NCBI RefSeq assembly: GCF_030295425.1
Contig: NZ_AP027081.1
Span: forward strand, 2,108,965 to 2,172,964
Reading direction: 5' to 3'
Origin: Mesoterricola sediminis
GTDB taxonomy: Bacteria; Acidobacteriota; Holophagae; Holophagales; Holophagaceae
DNA length: 64,000 nucleotides
The position numbers and the translations under genes are program-made. The notes beneath the pieces were generated by a model. It had not been told where the DNA came from. It made no database searches and worked only from the letters and a program-made list of their open reading frames with translations. Numbering within the stretch: position 1 is the first letter of the stretch; the number at the start of each line of letters is the position of its first letter. Of this stretch, positions 55,561-64,000 are shown one piece after another.

Positions 55561-55998
55561 CTACTTCGGCGCAGGGGTCGGCGTCGGCTCAGGGGTCGGC
55601 GTCGGCGCGGGGGCTGGGGCAGGAGCCGCCGGGTGGCCTGGGGCTTTGGCGGGGGCTTTCACCGCGGCCCGGGCGGCCTTGCTGGCGTCGTTCGCTTTCT
55701 TGGAGGCTTCGGCGGCCACGCCATTCTGCTGGACGGCGCGTTTGCGTGCGAGGTGGGCTTTCCTGGATTCACGCGCCGCGACCTGGGCCTGGTGATCCGC
55801 CTCTTTGAGGGCCTTCCGGGCCCGTTTCAGGGCGGCCTGGGCCTTGTCCACATCCGCCTTGGCCTTGTCCACGGCCTTCCTGGCCTCGAGCACGACCGGA
55901 TCCTGGGAGACCTCCGTTTGGAGGGGCTGAGGCGGGTTCGCGTGACCCATCGGGCCCAGCAGGGCGACCAGGACAAGGAGCTTGAAGGGCTGATTCAT
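55561..55998 (-). CDS. secreted coiled-coil protein with Pro/Thr/Ala-rich C-terminal tail
   Basis: Signal peptide MNQPFKLLVLVALLGPMGHA; KA-rich heptads; the C-terminus is a low-complexity PAPAPAPTPTPEPTPTPAPK tail. Confidence 0.55.
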   Translation of the reverse strand: MNQPFKLLVLVALLGPMGHANPPQPLQTEVSQDPVVLEARKAVDKAKADVDKAQAALKRARKALKEADHQAQVAARESRKAHLARKRAVQQNGVAAEASKKANDASKAARAAVKAPAKAPGHPAAPAPAPAPTPTPEPTPTPAPK

Positions 55999-56431
55999 GG
56001 GGTGGGCCTCCGAGGTGGGGAGAAGGAGAACGGGAACAGGCGCGAGAACGGCTGGCGCTCCCTTGGGGCAGCCCCTTCGCATCGAGGCGCGGCGGCTGCG
56101 GGCCGCGGGGTCATGGAAGTGCCTGATGCGGTGCCCCTGCGGGGATGCGGTGGAGAAGAACCGCAGAGGACTGGGGCGGCCGGGGCGGATGCGGGGGCAT
56201 CCGGCGGGTTCCAGGGCTTCATCCCGTTGCGGGGGCGAAACCTGGCGGACTGGTTCTTGGGTGGGACTGGGACCAGTGTAATTCGGGCCCGGAACGCCCG
56301 TCGCGGAAAATGGCGCCAGGTCCTCCGCCGCGGACCCCGGCGGGTCCTTCCGCGCGCCCTGGCCGGGCCGCACCCGGCCCCGGGCTTCAGACGGCACGGC
56401 GATGCTGGCGGAAGGCCGGCCCACGGCGGGA

Positions 56432-56923
56432 TCACCTTCCGGCGGCGCCGGCAAACAACGCGGAGGCCCCCTCGACGATGGCCCGCCGATGGGCTTCGGT
56501 GATGTCCTTGGCCTTGCAACGTCCTTGGGAGGTCGTATAGCCAAGGGCCTTCAGTTTCGCCTTGAGATACGCCGGGCCCTTGAGGCTGACCCAGGTGTCC
56601 AGGAAGGCCAGGTCCGCAGCCTGATATTCCTCGGCAAAGGCCATGGCGGGGCTGCCTTCCATGAAGGGCAGCAGGTACTTGGACCAGATGGGGGTCGTTG
56701 GGTTCAGGAGATTCGGCCCCCTGGGGAGATTGCCTTCCAGCGCCATGGCATGGAACAGGATCTGGCAGGTCTTTGTGGCTGGGTCGGACGTCCCCTGCGC
56801 GGCCTTGGCAAGGGCCATCAAATGGGCCTCGTTGGAAGGCGCCGGGGCTGGCTGCTGGGGACTGGCCAGGGCGGGAGCCAGGCCAGCCATCAGGACCGAT
56901 GCGTATCTCGGGGTGGAAACCAT
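56432..56923 (-). CDS. hypothetical secreted protein
   Basis: Internal start MVSTPRYASVLMAGLAPALASP gives a signal peptide; the upstream part of the ORF is Pro/Arg-rich and unlikely to be coding. Confidence 0.45.
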   Translation of the reverse strand: MVSTPRYASVLMAGLAPALASPQQPAPAPSNEAHLMALAKAAQGTSDPATKTCQILFHAMALEGNLPRGPNLLNPTTPIWSKYLLPFMEGSPAMAFAEEYQAADLAFLDTWVSLKGPAYLKAKLKALGYTTSQGRCKAKDITEAHRRAIVEGASALFAGAAGR

Positions 56924-57102
56924 GGGGTGGCCCTCGCGCGATCCTGCGCCCCCTGCGGGGGGAACGGCTCCGAGTATGCCACGTACCGGCCGGGGCTTCA
57001 TGGGGAGGGACGTGGCGCCAGGACGCCCCTTCCGGAATCGGCCGCGGGCGGGGGCCATTGAAATTTCCGGGGCTGGGCGGGCGGCATGGGCATACTGAAG
57101 CC

Positions 57103-59799
57103 ATGCCCCCATCCCCCCTGACGAAGCGGCCCTGGCTCCTGGCCTCCCTGGCCCTGCTCCTGATCGGAGCCGGCGCGGGGTTCCTCGCGTTCCGGCCGGG
57201 GGCGGGTCGGCAGGACGGCAGCGCCCGGCAGCGGCTGCAGGCCTTCGTGGCCAACCCCCGCCAGAAGCCGGACGCCGCTGCCTTCGAGGCGGTGATGAAG
57301 GAGGTCCTGCGGGGGTACCGGCAGATCATCGTGCTCTTCGCGGACGAGGCGGGCCTCAAGCCCGAGGAGGCCGCCCACGCGGCTCGCATCGGCAAGGCGA
57401 TCTACCACGAGAACCAGGACCGGCTGATCCTCCTGGACGACGCCCTCACGGCCCTGGTCGCTTCCGGACAGGGGAGCCGCGCGGCGGTCCTGGACGATCT
57501 GCTGACCTGGATCGAATCCGGCAGCGGGCTCTTTGACGCCGACCGGCTCGCCTTCAAGGAGACCCTCCAGGCGCTCCGGAAGGCCGTCGCGGAGGATCAG
57601 ACCCTGCCCGCGGTCAAGCTCCACCGCCGCATCATGGAGGACCTCTCGGCCCTGGGCGAGATCGAGGCCCAGTACGACCGGGAACTGCGCCAGGTGTTCG
57701 GGCGCTTCGGGGAGCGGGGGATCCAGGTCCGGCGCCAGCGCTGGGAGGACTACGTGGCCAAGCTCAAGGCCACCTTCAGCGTCGAGGCCATCCTCCGGGA
57801 CTACGGGACGATCATCCCCTATCCCCAGGTGAAGGGCGCCGCGGAGGACGCGCGGGAGATCTCCGGCAAGGGGCTGCCCCCCAGGACCCTCCTGTTGACC
57901 TTCGATGATGGGCCGCATGGGACGTATTCGGAGGAGATCTCCGCCATCCTCAAGCAGTACGGGGTTCCGGGCGTGTTCTTCGAACTGGGGCAGAACCTGG
58001 GACGCATCGATGCCGGCGGCCGGCCCGTCCTGGGGCGGCTCGCGCCCGTCAGTCAACATCTCCTGGCCTCCGGGCACCAGCTGGGCAACCACAGCTTCAG
58101 CCATGCCCAGCTGGCCAAGGCGGACGCCGGCGCCTTGCAGACGGAGATCCGCCAGACGGAGGCGCTCCTGGCCGCGGTGCGGGGCGACGGCGCACGGCTC
58201 TTCCGCTTCCCCTATGGGGCGAGCAGCCCTGCCTCCCTGGCCAGCCTGGAGGCCTTCCACCTCCGGGCCATGGCCTGGAACATCGATTCCAGGGACTGGG
58301 CGGATCCGGTGCCCAGCTCCATCGTCGACCGGGTGCTGCGGGAGGTGGATGGCGAGCAGCGCGGCATCGTCCTCTTCCATGACATCAATGAGCGCACCGT
58401 CAAAGCCCTGCCCCTCATCCTCGACCGGCTCGTCGCGGAAGGCTACCGGTTCGCCAGCTGGGAGAACGGCGCCTTCAAGATCGGCGACGCCGTGGTGCCC
58501 GCCGGGGCGAAGGCGGTTCCGACCACCGGCTACCGGGAGAGCTGGGCCGTGGTCATCGGGATCGACGACTACCCCCGCTGGCCCCGGCTCCAGTACGCGG
58601 TGCGGGATGCGGAGGCGCTGAGGCGGACCCTGGTGGAGCGGTTCGCCTTCCGGGAGGACCATGTCCTCGCGCTGAAAAACCAGGAGGCCACCCGGGCCAA
58701 CATCCTGGGCCTGCTCCACGACAAGCTCGGCCAGCTGGGCCTCCAGCGCGACGACCGGGTCCTGGTGTTCTTCGCGGGCCATGGGACGACCCGGAAGCTG
58801 TCCTCCGGCCGGGACCTGGGCTACATCGTGCCCGTGGACGCCGGACCCGAGAACCTGGCCACCGAGGCCATCCCCATGACGGAGATCCAGAACCTGGCGG
58901 AGGCCATCCCGGCCAAGCACGTGTTCTTCGTCATGGATTCCTGCTACAGCGGCCTCGGGCTGACGCGGGGGGCGGGCTCCCAGAACTTCCTCAAGGAGAA
59001 TGCCCGGCGGATCGGACGGCAGATGCTCACGGCGGGCGGCGCCGACCAGATGGTGGCCGATGGCGGGCCCAACGGCCATTCCATCTTCACCTGGACCCTG
59101 CTCCAGGGGCTCGACGGGAAGGCCGACCTCAACGGGGACGGCTTCATCACGGCCACGGAGCTGGCGGCCTACCTCTCCCCGGCGGTGTCGAGCGTGTCCG
59201 CCCAGACCCCCGCCTTCGGGAGCCTGCCCGGGTCCGAAGGGGGGGAGTTCGTCTTCGAACTGCCCGCCGAAACGGAATTCCTCAGCCCCGATACCCGGCA
59301 GCTGGAGAGTTCGGCCCTGGCCCTGAACCAGAAGATCGCCGCCCATCTGGAGGGCCGGAAGCCGACGGCCCCCGCCACCATCAAGACCCTGGAGGGCGGG
59401 GAGACGAAGCTGACACCCGGGAAGGCCATCGTGCTCGCGCCGCGCCAGGCCGCGCAGCGGGCCAATGACCGCGGCCTCCAGGCCTACCGCGAAAAGCGCT
59501 ATGCGGATGCCGAGGCCGCCTTCGCGGAGGCCCTGAAGCTCCGGCCGGACTTCGCCCTGGCGGCCAACAACCTGGGGTATGTGTACTACAAGCAGGATCG
59601 CTTCGCGGAAGCGGCCCGATGGTTCGAGAACGCCATCCGCATGGATCCCTCCCGGGCGATCGCGTACCTGAACCTGGGGGACGCCTGCTTCAAGGGCGGG
59701 GAGCTGCCGAAGGCCCGGAAGGCCTTCGAGACCTACCTGGAGCTGGCGCCCAAGGGGGCCGGTTCCGCCTACGCCCGGGACCGACTCCAGCGGTTCTGA
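57103..59799 (+). CDS. membrane-anchored multidomain protein: N-terminal unknown domain, NodB polysaccharide deacetylase, caspase-like C14 peptidase, EF-hand/dockerin-like Ca site, C-terminal TPR (898 aa)
   Basis: TM WLLASLALLLIGAGAGFLAF; NodB motifs TFDDGP and GNHSFSH; caspase His/Cys dyad VFFAGHG and FFVMDSCYSG; DLNGDGFITATELAAYL; TPR repeats at the end. Confidence 0.8.
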   Translation: MPPSPLTKRPWLLASLALLLIGAGAGFLAFRPGAGRQDGSARQRLQAFVANPRQKPDAAAFEAVMKEVLRGYRQIIVLFADEAGLKPEEAAHAARIGKAIYHENQDRLILLDDALTALVASGQGSRAAVLDDLLTWIESGSGLFDADRLAFKETLQALRKAVAEDQTLPAVKLHRRIMEDLSALGEIEAQYDRELRQVFGRFGERGIQVRRQRWEDYVAKLKATFSVEAILRDYGTIIPYPQVKGAAEDAREISGKGLPPRTLLLTFDDGPHGTYSEEISAILKQYGVPGVFFELGQNLGRIDAGGRPVLGRLAPVSQHLLASGHQLGNHSFSHAQLAKADAGALQTEIRQTEALLAAVRGDGARLFRFPYGASSPASLASLEAFHLRAMAWNIDSRDWADPVPSSIVDRVLREVDGEQRGIVLFHDINERTVKALPLILDRLVAEGYRFASWENGAFKIGDAVVPAGAKAVPTTGYRESWAVVIGIDDYPRWPRLQYAVRDAEALRRTLVERFAFREDHVLALKNQEATRANILGLLHDKLGQLGLQRDDRVLVFFAGHGTTRKLSSGRDLGYIVPVDAGPENLATEAIPMTEIQNLAEAIPAKHVFFVMDSCYSGLGLTRGAGSQNFLKENARRIGRQMLTAGGADQMVADGGPNGHSIFTWTLLQGLDGKADLNGDGFITATELAAYLSPAVSSVSAQTPAFGSLPGSEGGEFVFELPAETEFLSPDTRQLESSALALNQKIAAHLEGRKPTAPATIKTLEGGETKLTPGKAIVLAPRQAAQRANDRGLQAYREKRYADAEAAFAEALKLRPDFALAANNLGYVYYKQDRFAEAARWFENAIRMDPSRAIAYLNLGDACFKGGELPKARKAFETYLELAPKGAGSAYARDRLQRF

Positions 59800-59809
59800 G
59801 GCACGCCCG

Positions 59810-60211
59810 TCAGGGCGCCGGCTCCTGGACCATGTGGAGCACCCCCCACCCATGGCCGTCCAGATCCACGAAGCTGTGGGTGTACATGAACCCGAAATCC
59901 TCGGGCTGGTCGTAGGTGGTGCCGCCGGCGGCCAGGGCCTTCGCGACGAGCGCATCCACCTCCTCCCGGCTGCCGCAGCTGAGGGAGATCAGGACTTCGA
60001 CGGCCTGGTGGGTGTCGCAGATGGCCTTGGGGGTGAAGGTCTTGAATTTCTCGTGGGTGCCCAGCATGACGCAAACGGCCTCGCTGATCACGATGCAGGC
60101 CGCCGTCTCGTCGCTGAACCGCGGATCCTGGGGGAAGCCGAGCGCCTTGAAGAAGGCGACCGACTTGGCGAGGTCGGCGACGGGGAGGGTGAGGTAAACC
60201 TGGTGGACCAT
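59810..60211 (-). CDS. VOC-family (glyoxalase/bleomycin-resistance fold) protein
   Basis: Two beta-alpha-beta-beta-beta modules; start MVHQVYLTLPV. Confidence 0.7.
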   Translation of the reverse strand: MVHQVYLTLPVADLAKSVAFFKALGFPQDPRFSDETAACIVISEAVCVMLGTHEKFKTFTPKAICDTHQAVEVLISLSCGSREEVDALVAKALAAGGTTYDQPEDFGFMYTHSFVDLDGHGWGVLHMVQEPAP

Positions 60212-60436
60212 GCCGATCTCCCTTGGGGGTGCCCGAGGAGGGGGGCCGCGGGTGCCCCGCATCATGGCAGACCTGCCCCCCGGGTGGAATGGGGGCGGGC
60301 CGCATCCCTTCCACGCGGGTCGGGTGGGGTGGAGGGGCCAGCCCCGGCGGGGGAGGGGGGCCTGGCTCTCCCGCGGTTTCCGCGCGGGCCACGCGTACTA
60401 AAAGTGCATAAATACGGGGGGGCCGAGGTGGGGGAC

Positions 60437-61660
60437 TCAGGCCCTGGCGGGCTGCGAATCGATGAATAGATTGTGATATTCCCGCAGCTCCGCCGCCCAA
60501 TGCCCGGGGACGAGGATGTGATGGTTGCCCAGGGGCCGCGCCAGGAGGGACGCCAGGCCTCCCTGGAGGCGCACCTGCACCTGGGTGCGGCAGCGGTCCT
60601 CGGCGGAGCCGCAGGCCACGGCCTCGCCTTCGGCGACGTAGAGGCCGCGCAGGTCCTCCCCGCCGATGCGCACCAGGGTGACGGGGCCCGGGGCCCACGT
60701 GCCCTGGATGCCCACGCCCAGGGCGGATTCGAAGTGGGACCGGAGGGCGTAGGTCTGGACGAGCTTCCGGGCGATGGTGCAATGGGCCAGCCACAGGGTT
60801 CCCGCGGCCGGGTCCAGGTCCTGGGGGTTGGCCATGAAGGAGAGCCGGCCGGTGAGGGCCTGGACCCAGAGCATGGTCAGGGCGGCGGGCAGGTCCCCCT
60901 CGCACCCGGCCACGATGCCCGCGTCCATGAGGTCCGAAAGGCCCAGGCAGCCGGTGGTCGCCAAGCCGGTGACCAGGTCGAAACAGCGCACGCTGCAGGC
61001 GTCCAGGCGCTGCGCCGCGACGAGGCTGCGGAGGGCCGCCGCCACCTGGGCGGCGGTGCGGAGGTCCGCGGCGGAGGGCTCGAGGATGCGCGTCGCGCCC
61101 TGGCGGAAGCCCTGGTCCAGGGCCTCGGCGGCGACGGGGTCGGCCTGGCGGAGGGCGGCCTCCAGGTCCGCGAGGGGCACCTCGATCACCGCCGGGCCCC
61201 AGGTTTCGGTGACGCGGGCCGGATCGGGCCGGCTCGCCACCAGCCAGTCGGAGGGGGTCCCGATCAGGCCGAGCCGCAGGCGGGCCATGCGCGCCCGCAC
61301 CGCGAGGTGGTGGGCGGTCCGGGCCAGGTCGGCCGCGGCCGTGCCCGTGCCGTTGATCAGGAAGAGGCGGCCCTGCCGGCCGATCTGGTGGAGGCGGGCG
61401 AGGACCTCCAGGGCGGCGGGCAGCGAGTTCTGGGCCGGGTGGGCGAGGAGGAGCACCGGGTCCGGCCGCTGGGCCGCGGCCTCCAGGGCGAGGTGCTCGG
61501 TGCCGCCCGTGACGAGGAAGAGGGCCTGGGCGTCGGAGGCGTCCTCCACCCGGCGGGTGGGGAGGCCCTGGGCGGCAAGGCCGGCCGCGAGGGCGGCGCA
61601 GGCGGCCTCCACCAGGTCAGGCGCATGGAAGCGGGAGGCGAGGGGCAGGATCGTGAACAT
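60437..61660 (-). CDS. hypothetical protein, possibly L-fucose/L-arabinose-isomerase-like fold
   Basis: 407 aa from the internal ATG; Rossmann-like N-terminal half; assignment is weak. Confidence 0.4.
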   Translation of the reverse strand: MFTILPLASRFHAPDLVEAACAALAAGLAAQGLPTRRVEDASDAQALFLVTGGTEHLALEAAAQRPDPVLLLAHPAQNSLPAALEVLARLHQIGRQGRLFLINGTGTAAADLARTAHHLAVRARMARLRLGLIGTPSDWLVASRPDPARVTETWGPAVIEVPLADLEAALRQADPVAAEALDQGFRQGATRILEPSAADLRTAAQVAAALRSLVAAQRLDACSVRCFDLVTGLATTGCLGLSDLMDAGIVAGCEGDLPAALTMLWVQALTGRLSFMANPQDLDPAAGTLWLAHCTIARKLVQTYALRSHFESALGVGIQGTWAPGPVTLVRIGGEDLRGLYVAEGEAVACGSAEDRCRTQVQVRLQGGLASLLARPLGNHHILVPGHWAAELREYHNLFIDSQPARA

Positions 61661-61908
61661 GGGCAGACCTTCGGGGGGGAAGCTTCGAGGATAGCCCATC
61701 GGGGGGCGCGCGCCGCAGGTCCCGGGCTCCATGGCCGGTTGCGCATATACGAATAATCTATTGAATTCGGGGACCTCGCTTATCTTGAATTGCACATCAG
61801 CAACCCCTACAGTGGAGGCATCCATTCATCGACCACGCAGGAGCCGGCTGCTTTGACCCATGGAGGGTCCCGCCCCTCCCCGGGACCCCGCGTGGCAAGG
61901 GAGTTGCC

Positions 61909-63501
61909 ATGTTCGATTTGAGGAATATGAAGATCTCGAAGCGCCTCGGCCTTGGGTTCGGGGCCCTCGGGCTCGCGATGCTGACGGTATTCGCGGTGGC
62001 CTGGTGGGGGACGGCCTCCCTGGCGAAATCGGACCAGATGATCCTGGAGGAGGCTGAGAAGGCGGCCGCCGCCAGCCAGCTGGTGGACACCCTCTCCCAG
62101 ATCAACCTCTCCACCTGGACCTTCCTCGCGGCGCGGAACCCCGCCGACCGGGACACGGCCAACGCGCGGATGGGGGAGCTCCGGAAGCAGTACAAGGCCG
62201 CCATGGGGCGGCTCAAGGCGGTCAAGGACGCGCCCCGGGGCGTGGAGCTCCTGGCGGCCTGTGAATCCGCCCTGGGCCAGGGGCGCGACGCCAACAACCG
62301 CATCCTCGCGCTCAACCAGGCCGGCAAGACCGCGGAGGCGCTGGACGCCTACATCACCGAGGGGAACCGGATCAAGGCCCGCACCGACGGCGCCTTCGCC
62401 CAGTACCTCCAGTACCGGGACGCGGTGATGCGGGAGAAGGCCGCCGACGCCGGGGCCGTCCTCGTGCGGGTCCGGGTGGTGCTGGCCATCGTCCTGCTGG
62501 CGGGGCTCGCGGCGGGTTCCGCGGTGGGCCTCGCGATCACGCGCCTCTATTCCCGGGACATCCAGGCGGTGACGGCCAAGACCCTGCTGCTCGCCGAAGG
62601 CAATTTCGCGGTGGACGTGCCTGAGGCCTTCCGGATCCGGAAGGACGAGATGGGGGAGCTGGCCCGGGCCTACCAGCAGATGGTGGACGGCGTCCGGAGC
62701 CTGCTGCGCGCGCTCATGGAGGAGGTGCAGTCCCTGGCCTCGTCGGCCACGGAGCTGTCCGCGTCCTCGGACGAGATGGCGGCGACCACCGAGGAGATCG
62801 CCCGCACCACCGAATCCCAGCGGGATGGGGCGACGCGCGCCTCCGCGACGATCACCGAGCTGTCCCGCTCCATCGCCTCGGTCAGCGGCCACGCCCAGGC
62901 CTCGCTGCGGGTGATGGAGAGCGCCCTGGACGCCACCCGCAAGGGGGACGAGGCGGGGCGCACGACCCAGACCGCCATGGAGGACGTGAGCACCACGGCG
63001 GACCGTATCACGAGCGCCATCCGCGTCATCACCGAGATCGCGAACCAGACCAACCTGCTGTCCCTGAACGCGGCCATCGAGGCGGCCAAGGCCGGCGCCC
63101 ACGGCCGCGGCTTCGCCGTGGTCGCCGAGGAGGTCCGGAAGCTGGCGGAGCACAGCGGCTCGTCGGCCAAGGAGATCGCCCAGCACATCGTGGCCGCCCA
63201 GGAGGCGGTGAACAACGGGGTGGGCACGGTGAAGGCCTCGGCCCGGCTCCTGGCGGAGATCCACGCGAACCTGGAGACCCTGGCCGACCAGACCCGCCAG
63301 GTGGCCGCCGCCGTCGCCGAGCAGAGCCAGGCCGGCTCGATGGCGGCGGGGCTCATGGACCAGGGCGCCCGGGATTCGGCGGCATCGGCCTCGGCGGCGG
63401 CCCAGATGGCGGCCACGACCACGGAGATCGCCCGGACCGCGGCGGAGCTGGCCCGCATCGGCGAGCGCCTCAACGGGATGATCCACCGCTTCAAGCTCTG
63501 A
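61909..63501 (+). CDS. methyl-accepting chemotaxis protein
   Basis: 4HB_MCP-like sensor, TM, HAMP, conserved signalling domain ([15 protein letters not shown]...[16 protein letters not shown]). Confidence 0.9.
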   Translation: MFDLRNMKISKRLGLGFGALGLAMLTVFAVAWWGTASLAKSDQMILEEAEKAAAASQLVDTLSQINLSTWTFLAARNPADRDTANARMGELRKQYKAAMGRLKAVKDAPRGVELLAACESALGQGRDANNRILALNQAGKTAEALDAYITEGNRIKARTDGAFAQYLQYRDAVMREKAADAGAVLVRVRVVLAIVLLAGLAAGSAVGLAITRLYSRDIQAVTAKTLLLAEGNFAVDVPEAFRIRKDEMGELARAYQQMVDGVRSLLRALMEEVQSLASSATELSASSDEMAATTEEIARTTESQRDGATRASATITELSRSIASVSGHAQASLRVMESALDATRKGDEAGRTTQTAMEDVSTTADRITSAIRVITEIANQTNLLSLNAAIEAAKAGAHGRGFAVVAEEVRKLAEHSGSSAKEIAQHIVAAQEAVNNGVGTVKASARLLAEIHANLETLADQTRQVAAAVAEQSQAGSMAAGLMDQGARDSAASASAAAQMAATTTEIARTAAELARIGERLNGMIHRFKL

Positions 63502-63531
63502 GGGATCCGGGCCGGGGCCGCCGGCGCGGGG

Positions 63532-63747
63532 TCAGGCCTCGCGCGGGGCCTCGCCCCGCTCCCGGGGGTCCCAGCTGGCCTCGAATTCGGCCTCGCGCCG
63601 ACGGGAGTCCTGGATCCGCTCCAGCAGGCGGCGCTGCGAGGGGGTCAGGGGTTCGTGCTCGGTTTTGCGTTTCTGCAAGGGCGGTCTCGCGCGCGGTCGA
63701 ATGGGGTCGGATGGCCCCATTAGGCCCGATGGGCCCGGGGCCCGCAA
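63532..63747 (-). CDS. small hypothetical protein (71 aa)
   Basis: ORF with moderately high GC3; no recognisable motif. Confidence 0.25.
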   Translation of the reverse strand: MRAPGPSGLMGPSDPIRPRARPPLQKRKTEHEPLTPSQRRLLERIQDSRRREAEFEASWDPRERGEAPREA

Positions 63748-63779
63748 GGCCCCGGGTGTGACAGGCGTGGAAAATCTTC

Positions 63780-64000
63780 CTACTGGCCGCCGGCGGGGGC
63801 CTTGGCCCGGAGTTCGGCGCGGCAGGCCTCCAGGGCCCGGGCGTAGTCGGGGTTCTTCAGGAAGGCGTCGTGGACGATCCGGGCGAGGATCTGGCCCCCC
63901 AGGTTGTCGGAGGGGAAGTGGACCCCCGCGAGCATCCGGCCCCAGGCGTTCTTCCGGGCCCAGGTGAAGAGGGCCTCGCGGCGAGCGGGCATGAGATCGG
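63780..64000 (-). CDS. PAP2-superfamily phosphatase, C-terminal part (gene continues past the window edge)
   Basis: GVHFPSDNLGG matches PAP2 motif 3; the reading frame is open to the window end. Confidence 0.4.
   Translation of the reverse strand, partial: DLMPARREALFTWARKNAWGRMLAGVHFPSDNLGGQILARIVHDAFLKNPDYARALEACRAELRAKAPAGGQ

Overview
The window is 64 kb of ~70% GC bacterial chromosome, probably Acidobacteriota-like. Supporting this are CarbopepD-type TonB-dependent receptors ending in Phe, DUF1573 and DUF4388 proteins, and many GTG/TTG starts. Ribosome-binding sites (AGGAGG Shine-Dalgarno sequences) are frequent and real genes show very high GC3. Most long antisense ORFs in the six-frame track are GC-driven shadows of the real genes, so I did not call them. 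Core content is housekeeping and signalling genes: a hybrid histidine kinase, a PatB-like C-S lyase, TetR and Rrf2 regulators, DinB, the RIC/YtfE di-iron protein, monomeric isocitrate dehydrogenase, Dus, an MFS transporter, two ABC-2 exporters, two thermolysin-like (M4) proteases, UppP, threonine aldolase, YvcK, two MCPs, and a giant Ser/Thr kinase with a TPR tail. There are two IS5-family insertion sequences. One is an IS427-like composite at 24.2-25.5 kb that carries a nested GxxExxY gene fragment flanked by 57-bp inverted repeats. The other is an IS1031-like element at 51.7-52.8 kb with a 3-bp TTA duplication and a nested 130-bp palindrome. A tRNA-Met(CAT) sits at 51.29 kb and is followed by a ~4 kb lower-GC islet (IS element, RelE/ParE-type toxin-antitoxin pair, small membrane and zinc-ribbon proteins). 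No CRISPR array and no rRNA were seen. No canonical named defence system is present. My candidate novel modules, in order, are as follows. First, a tightly coupled 7-gene operon at 37.2-41.7 kb: TPR-like, YvcK, DUF4388, secreted TonB-C coiled-coil protein, DsrE-like, small two-helix membrane protein, secreted PTP-fold phosphatase. Second, a membrane-anchored NodB-deacetylase/caspase(C14)/EF-hand/TPR fusion protein at 57.1-59.8 kb. Third, an orphan hypCDE cluster with no hydrogenase or hypABF genes nearby, translationally coupled to a second PTP-fold phosphatase and followed by a flotillin gene. Fourth, two copies of a conserved ~65-nt promoter/leader element, each driving a small ORF plus a larger gene (at 2.5 and 4.2 kb). 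All family assignments come from motif recognition by eye, not from searches.
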